Source: Balamuthia mandrillaris (Eukaryota). Taken from it: a stretch of DNA of 64,000 bases. This document shows positions 57,326 to 64,000 of the stretch, piece by piece (the first letter of the stretch is position 1; each line of letters opens with the position of its first letter). The stretch lies in contig JAVKOQ020000004.1 of NCBI GenBank assembly GCA_031835245.2, positions 310,001-374,000 on the forward strand. Reading direction: 5' to 3'. A program made the position numbers and the translations under genes. Under the pieces are notes generated by a model. The model worked only from the letters and a program-made list of their open reading frames with translations. It had not been told where the DNA came from and made no database searches.

Positions 57326-59046
57326 TTATACAGAATGTTTTTCGCTTTTGTGGGGACGAAAGAATAGACCTCCAGAGCAGCAACATCGACGAAGGAGAAG
57401 GGCAACGCAAAGCAACACAGCGAGAGCGACGGTAAAGGTGGCTGCTTTCCCATAGCCCCGAAGGGTCTCCTCCGCCGAGGCAAGGCGCGTCCGCAACAAG
57501 GCTTGCTCTTCCCTAAGTTGGCCCATTCTCTCTTGCTCTTTTCTATCATCTTCCTCCTTCCGTCTCTGTTCCTCCCTTACCCATGCCTCGAACTGTTGCT
57601 GTTGTAGCAGCGGCGTACCAGTGCCTTCCACTACAGAAGGAGAGGTGGATCTCTTTGTTACTTCCTCCAGCTTATCCAAAACTGAGTTCAACAGGCTCAT
57701 CACACCAGCCTTGACCTCCTTCAGCTCGCGATCGAGGCCCTCCACCGTCACTCTTCCTTGCAGCTCTTCTTTCAATGCTTGCAAGTTGTTGCCCAGCTCC
57801 TTGACTTCTGTCCTGAACTTGGAAAGCACTTTCCCAAGTTGTTGCACCTCCTCGAGGGCCTGTTTCTGGGCCTGCTGCCTGAGCTCCACCTCGTTGCGAA
57901 GCTGCTCCTTGAGGAGCTCGTAGAGGAATTCGGCTCTCTCGTGGGCTTCCACATCGTCCTCATGCAGGTGCCGTTCTCTCTCCTCTTCTTCTTGGAGGGT
58001 CTTTTCTTTCAACCAGGCGCCTTCCTGCGGCCTCCATTCCTCTGACCACTCGTAGTTGGGATGCAATTGTTCACACATCCGGTCTAGCAACGGCGCCGAT
58101 GCCACGCCTCCGTGACCCAATGCATCGGTGCTATGAAAGCCGCATCCATAGCTCTCCCGTAAGCTCTTCTTCTCCCTGTTTGATCATCAACAACCATTGC
58201 AACAGGTCGTTAGGTTCGGACTCAAAAAAAGAATAAAAGAGAATAGCAATAAGATACACACGCTGAAACCATAAGGGCAGGTAAGGGTACGAGTGTATAG
58301 CCGCCGGTTATCAGGTACTCTAGCAGTTGGCCGAGCATGGAGGATGTGATCGGGTTAACGGGCATGCGGACCACACCACTTGGCACTGCACGAGCACTTC
58401 TGTCTGCTGCTGGTTGGTTCAGCGGGGAAAGCTTGTTAGTGGCTTGCTTCCAAAAAGAGGTGGATACGGAGAAGGGCTTTTCTCCCAGGTCCACCGCCGG
58501 GAGTACCACGCTGTACTTCTTGGCCCCCAGGTAATCCAGCAGGCGGTCGTTCAAGGCAGCTGCTGGAGGAAGGAATAGATGAGGGCGAGCTCCCATCAGC
58601 TGCTTCATATGTTCCTCCATCCCATCTATGAGGGATAGGGCCTCTCGGTTGTTGACCTGGGTAAGGTCTCGCTCGCTCATGCTCATGGAACCCACAAAAT
58701 GGCCTTCCTCTAGCATCTGATGAACGGTGGCGGTCATGGCTTCAGGATCCTGCAGCAGTATGTCCCCGCGAAGGAAGAACGTGGCAGGGACGTTGTAGTT
58801 CTTCAGAACGTCCACTATCATCTGCGTATCCACGGCAGGACAAGGGTCGAAAGTGAGTGAAATAACGCCAGGCGAGGCCATCTTTCCGGTTGTGATGGCG
58901 GCTTTGCTGGTCACTCCCGCGTCCACCACACTCACCACAAACGCCCCGAGCAGAACCAGCAGCAACGTGGCGCATCCAAGAGAAGGCCCAGCAGGCCACC
59001 CTCGGCTGTCCCAGAGGCTCCACTCACAGCGCCTCCTGGCGGCCAT
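57326..59046 (-). CDS. Membrane protein: signal/anchor, inactive polysaccharide deacetylase (NodB/CE4) domain, coiled coil, C-terminal TM; 2 exons
   Basis: ISLTFD, IVDVLKNYNVPATFFLRG, MLEEGHFVG, GARPHLFLPP, GYTLVPL; a phase-2 intron joins it to the coiled-coil/TM exon. Confidence 0.8.
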
Positions 59047-59391
59047 ATAGGCTAGGGAGGGCAAGTGTTACGAATGGTGGTGCAAGCACCGGACAAGAGG
59101 GGCACCGATCAGAGGGATGCTCCTTTGCTTTGGGCAAGCGTTGCTGTTGCTGTGGTCTGTTGGGGGAAGGGGCGCCCTCGCCAGGCTGGCTCCCCATGCA
59201 TGTCGTCGACAAAATTGAGCACACACCAAAGAAGAAAGAAAAGCAAAAGCAGAGAGGCAGTGGTGTGTGTGGGAGGTCTGAGCCTGTTGTCCCACAGCCC
59301 CCCTCCCTCCCTCCCTCCCTCCCTCCCCATTTGCGGTGCTAACGTGCCCTTCAACGCCGGTTGAACAAGTTGCAGTGTACATAGTCGTGAA

Positions 59392-61628
59392 ATGGAAGGA
59401 AGTTCTTCTTCTGGTGCAAGCCCTTCGGGGAAGGCCTCCTCCGCCGCTTCCGCTTCTTCTTCTTCGGGAGGAGGAGGAGGGAAGGTAGCTGAGCACAGGC
59501 TCGTGAACCAGTCAGCCCCGGCGGTCACCACCGATGCTTCCAATCATTTCCATGCCGATCCTTTGGCCGAAAGAAGCCTCAGTGCAGGTTCGCTTCGCCC
59601 TCCACCCTCCGTTTTAAAACTGCCGAGTTAACCAACTTTTGCCTCTCTCTCTCTCTCTCTCTTGTGGAGGCAGTAACGGACGTGTTTCCTGCCAACTGGA
59701 AGACGCTTAGCGACAAGACCCTCACCACAAAGATGAGGCGACTCGTGGCACTCGTGGAGGACTCCAACCAGGACCTACTCAAGCGCCAACATGCCATGCT
59801 GGCCTTGGACAACCTGGCGTGGCACAGCCGCACCAAAACACGCATTCTGCACAACAGCGTTGGTGCTCTTACACTTTTGTGCTCTCTATCTTTTGGGTAA
59901 GCAAAGACGTGAAGGGATGAACAGAAGAGAAGAGGAAGCGAAGAATAGAAGAGAAGATACGGGAGAGAGTGACGAGACAAAAAAGAAGAAACAAACATTA
60001 GTCCAGAAGTAAGAAGCTCGAAGGGAGGCCAACTTTATTACTCACTTATTGTTGTCGTTGAACTAAAGGCAAGCAGCAGAACTGGATAAAGGGTTCCAGC
60101 CGATGGCCCTCAACGCCTTAAATAAGATAGCTCTGTGCAACAAGTCGGAGTTGTTTAGGCGAGGTGTATTCAAGCAAGCTCTCACCCTAGGTGAAACGCT
60201 ATTGCGGGACCTGGCCTCGGGAGCTGCACCTCAGGGTGAAGCTGAACGAAACAACGAATACACGGAAAAGCTGCTGTTGGGAGTGGCTAACATCATCTTG
60301 ACCTTTGCCAACGATACCTCCTACCGCTCCTTCCTTACTCTGGGAGGGAACGCGTTGGCCCTTGCTGAAGGAGGAACTTCTGCATTGGAGCTTATCCTTA
60401 CTTTCCTGACAGAGACATGGAGAGAACAGAAGCTAAATCACTCATTCAGTCTATCGTTGAAAGGATCATCTTGCATGGCCCTCATGAAGATATGTGAAGC
60501 CTGTGCGAATCAATCAGAAGATTGCTGGAAGGTGCTGCGAGATAGGGTTACAAAGAGCAACGTGGTGAAGAATCTGATAATGTTACTTATGCGGAAAGCA
60601 AGTGAAGGCAGTGGCGAAAAGGCTGGCGAACGGGAAGGAAGCACAAAGAAAGAGGAGCAAGGGTTTGATGAGGCTCTGCTGGCAACAAAGACGTTAGTTC
60701 TGGATCTTCTCTACGCACTCAGTCATTCTGACTCGTTCGAGAATGTGGTGAAAGAAGGAAAGATGGGTTCTATCATTATTCGGAGTGGAGGATGTATTGT
60801 TTGCTGCAAGCTAATTCAAGACATAGCATCACGCTTAGCCAACACCAGTGAGGATGCTCCTCGTACGGTCTTCCCTTCACTTGCTAGCTCATATCTTCTT
60901 GCTGTTTTTGTTTCGATCTTTGCTCTTGCTCATTTTTTTTGTACTCAGTGACAAGAAGCATGAAGACACAAGTGGAGGTCGTTCGAGCAGGAGTGAGCCT
61001 TCTATCAAGCATGGCCTTTGTGGAAGATAACCGGTCAGCAATTGTAGCAGCACTTGGGCTGGATGCTCTTGTTAGTGGTGTGCGCGATTGTCGTGGCGAC
61101 GCCCACACGATATCCTACGGCTGCAGGGCGTTGTATTTACTGGACGCAGAGCTACAAAGGCAGGCTAAAAAGGCGGGAGAGGAGCAGGGAAGCCACCACC
61201 ATGGTGCCAACGAAGCCTCAAGTCAGTCTAATGAACAGGAGACTCCCGAGGAACAGAAGGCGAAACTTTTGCTGGAGCGGCAGTGCCAAGAGCTATTGCC
61301 ACAACTGCTGAAAGCCATGACAGCGAGCAAGCCATCCACCATCCGTTATCCCAGCAACGAGGCCTATATGCTGCGTCACATTTGTTTACTGCTGTTCCTC
61401 TTTACGTCGGTGCCTAGCCTCCTTTCCAAGATCATGGACGAGCACCCCTCCTTCCTGGACATACTCTGCACGTTACTCGATGGCACCGTCCGAGAAATCC
61501 AGGTGAACGCGTTGGCTGTCATCGCCAACTTTGTGGAGACAGAACAGGGAGCCGCTGCTGTATGCCACACTCCCAAGCTGCTTCAGGTTGGTTATTTGGG
61601 AAGCTGTCTTTGTATGGTTGGCTCATCA

Positions 61629-61671
<43 letters not shown>

Positions 61672-61866
61672 CAGATATTGGTGGACTTTGACAGTGGTAA
61701 GATACGAATGGGAGAGCATCTCAAAGAGAATGTGAGCTGGGCCATTCAAGGCCTCTTGCAAAAGGCTCCCCATGAACTGGACAAGCTCGGCGTGGTCTTC
61801 CAGGAAAAGCTAAAGGTGTCCTCTGGCTCCTCCTGCTGCGGCCACGACGGCCACCACTGCCACTAA
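59392..61866 (+). CDS. Armadillo/HEAT-repeat protein of unknown function, multi-exon
   Basis: ARM-like helices: HAMLALDNLA, MALNALNKIA, GVSLLSSMAFVEDNRSAIVAALGLDALV, NALAVIANFV. Confidence 0.7.
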
Positions 61867-62170
61867 AGGCCGATCGGGTCCCGATCCCCTCCCCTGCCCT
61901 CCCCCTCTCAACGAACGAACACAACCAAAAATAAATAAACCTACAAACATACGTTAAGTGAGGAGATAAGGCTGTTGTTGTAGTTTTGTTTGTTCATCGC
62001 TTATCCTCCCCCCGTTCTTTCTCCCGTGCTGTACTAAGCATTGGCGTTGGTATTGGCGGGTGGTGGTGGTGGCGGACCTTCGGGCTGTGTATGGTGATTC
62101 CTCCTCCTCTCCACAAGAAAGACCCCTCAACAAACAAAAAAAGCGGAAGACAACAACAACAAAAGCACCG

Positions 62171-62242
62171 ATGAGCACCCGTTCGTGTCTCTCGCTCTCT
62201 TCCCTCTTCTCTCTCCTCCTCTCCCTCTCCCTCTCTCACCCT

Positions 62243-62276
<34 letters not shown>

Positions 62277-64000
62277 TCTCCCTCTCCCTGTGTTAACGTT
62301 GATCAACAAATAAATAGGGAAACGGCCAGTGCGGCACTACCCACCCCCTGAGGGCGGCTGGAAGTACCCGCACACACTGTGGGTCTTGCCCAAGGATGAC
62401 CAAGGGCACTATTGGCCTGCTCGCGTACGACAACCACCTCCTTGTTATTTGTGTTTTGTGAGTTTTGTTGAGCAGTGTTGTGGGCTCTCAAGCAAAGCGA
62501 GCGTTCATTTTGGGTTGTGCACTGCCTGCAGGTTGTGGAAGACTCCACAAGAGAACAGATGCTGAGCAACAGGAAAGCTGATGTACCGGAGGACTCTGTT
62601 TGTGTCACCATCTTTGGCAGAGATTCAATGTACGTACCACCACTAGAAGAGACAGGAGAGAGAGAGAGAGAGAACGAGAGGAGACAGCACAGTAAACGGC
62701 TCTTTCGGTTGGAGGCTAAACTCCTTGCAGCGAATGGGTAAAGCAGGTGGATATAGAACCCTTCCTGCCTCCCCTAAAGACAATGAGGCGCCAATTGAGG
62801 AACAGGACCTTTCTAAAGGCTTTGGAAGAGGCTAAGGACTGGCACCAAAAGGCAGAGCAGGCCCTTCATGATCATTCCTTTCCAGAAACAAGCTCAGAGA
62901 GGTCAAAAGAAGTTAACGGCACCCAACATGAGCGACAAGGAGATGGCAAAGAGGATTCAAAGCAAAAGAAGAAAGAGAAGAGAAAGGGGTCTGAAAATGG
63001 AAGAGGTAAGGCCAAGTCCTCCGCCCTTCATTTCAATGCAAACTCTTTGAAACCAACACCACTTACCTACTCATATCTGTCTTACAGATAGAACAAAGGA
63101 ACGGCGCCGCTCCACGGATGGAGAGAAACCGGATAAAGAGCGGAAGAACAAAAAGGAAGAAAAGGGTGAGAAAAAAAGAAAGAGAAGGTCGGAAAGTGAT
63201 AACAATTCAATAGAACAGCGCTCCAAGCAAAAGCGAACCAAAACTCAAAAAGAGGGATTTACCTTGGATTCGCCGTTGATAATTGCAGGGAAAAGAGCTC
63301 GCAAGCGAACCAGCTATTATGGAGATGTTGTTACTCTAGAACTACCGAAAAGCAGTGCGGAGGCGGCACTGTTTGAGAGGCCAACCGACATAAACCACGA
63401 AAACGCACTTATCGAAAAGGAGGAGAAAGAGAGAGAGGAAGAAAAGGTGGAGCAGCCAGAACAAGACAAAGAGAAGGAGAATCAAGAGAAAGAAAATGAG
63501 GAACAGGAGGGGAAGCAGATAACAGATGTAATAGAGGAAGACAAAAAGGAGAACGAGCAGCAGCAAGAGGATCAGGAGACGGAGAATAAGGAAGAGGAGG
63601 AGACTGTGTCAGAAGCTTCATCTCTAGCCTTACAACGGGTAGCATCCCCTACACATCAGATAGATGAAGGAAAGGAAGCAGAACAGGAAGAAAAGGAGGA
63701 AACAGTGGCAGAAGTAGAAGGAAAGGAGGCAGACAAGGAAGAGGGAAAAGATGAAGGAACCCACGAAACAGCTATGGACGTACAGACACACTACAACAGC
63801 GAGCCACCATCACAGCTAGTGCCATACCAAGCTCTTGTTGAGAGCGTGGAGCGGTTACGAGAGGAAGTCGGTGAACTACGTAAGGACAACGCACGCAAAG
63901 AACAGCTTTTGACAACAGCCCAGGAACACTTTCAAGACATTTTGCTGGAGGTTGCAGACAAAAACAACACCTATCTCGATAAAATGAAGGAGATAAATGC
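62171..64000 (+). CDS. PWWP-domain chromatin protein with basic, acidic and coiled-coil regions; runs past the window end
   Basis: Spliced LWVLPKDDQGHYWPARV...VCVTIFGRDSIEWVKQVDIEPF...FLKALEEA matches the PWWP pattern; frame stays open to 64000. Confidence 0.75.

Overview
Gene-dense eukaryotic nuclear DNA with about 27 protein-coding genes in 64 kb. The genes carry many short spliceosomal introns, often filled with simple repeats, and intergenic gaps are very short. SH2 signalling, a U12-type intron, microsatellite-filled introns and compact organisation fit a free-living amoebozoan protist (Acanthamoeba/Balamuthia-like; inference only). Genes assembled by hand-splicing: RapGAP, NUBP1/Nbp35, glyoxalase II, Rap1, a HERP-like UBL membrane protein, LSm3, Bud32/TP53RK, a helical-bundle/EF-hand/tandem-SH2 protein, a divergent importin-5, a CENP-P-like protein, Rpn2, two SAC-domain phosphatases, a YkuE-like metallophosphoesterase, CLASRP, AMPK-gamma, a METTL21-like methyltransferase, an ankyrin palmitoyltransferase, glutathione synthetase, RPS5, an inactive NodB-domain membrane protein, an ARM-repeat protein, a PWWP protein (runs off the end) and several unknowns. 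No rRNA, tRNA, CRISPR array or recognisable transposon was seen. Most interesting: (1) an MLKL/Cbl-like four-helix bundle plus tandem SH2 protein with a tail of YxxM motifs; (2) a recurrent palindromic promoter element TGWCGWCA(CGAAA); (3) an AT-AC minor-spliceosome intron; (4) two pseudoenzyme domains (inositol 5-phosphatase, CE4 deacetylase) and a DHWC palmitoyltransferase. Gene coordinates span start to stop codon including introns. Family calls come from motif recognition, not database searches.
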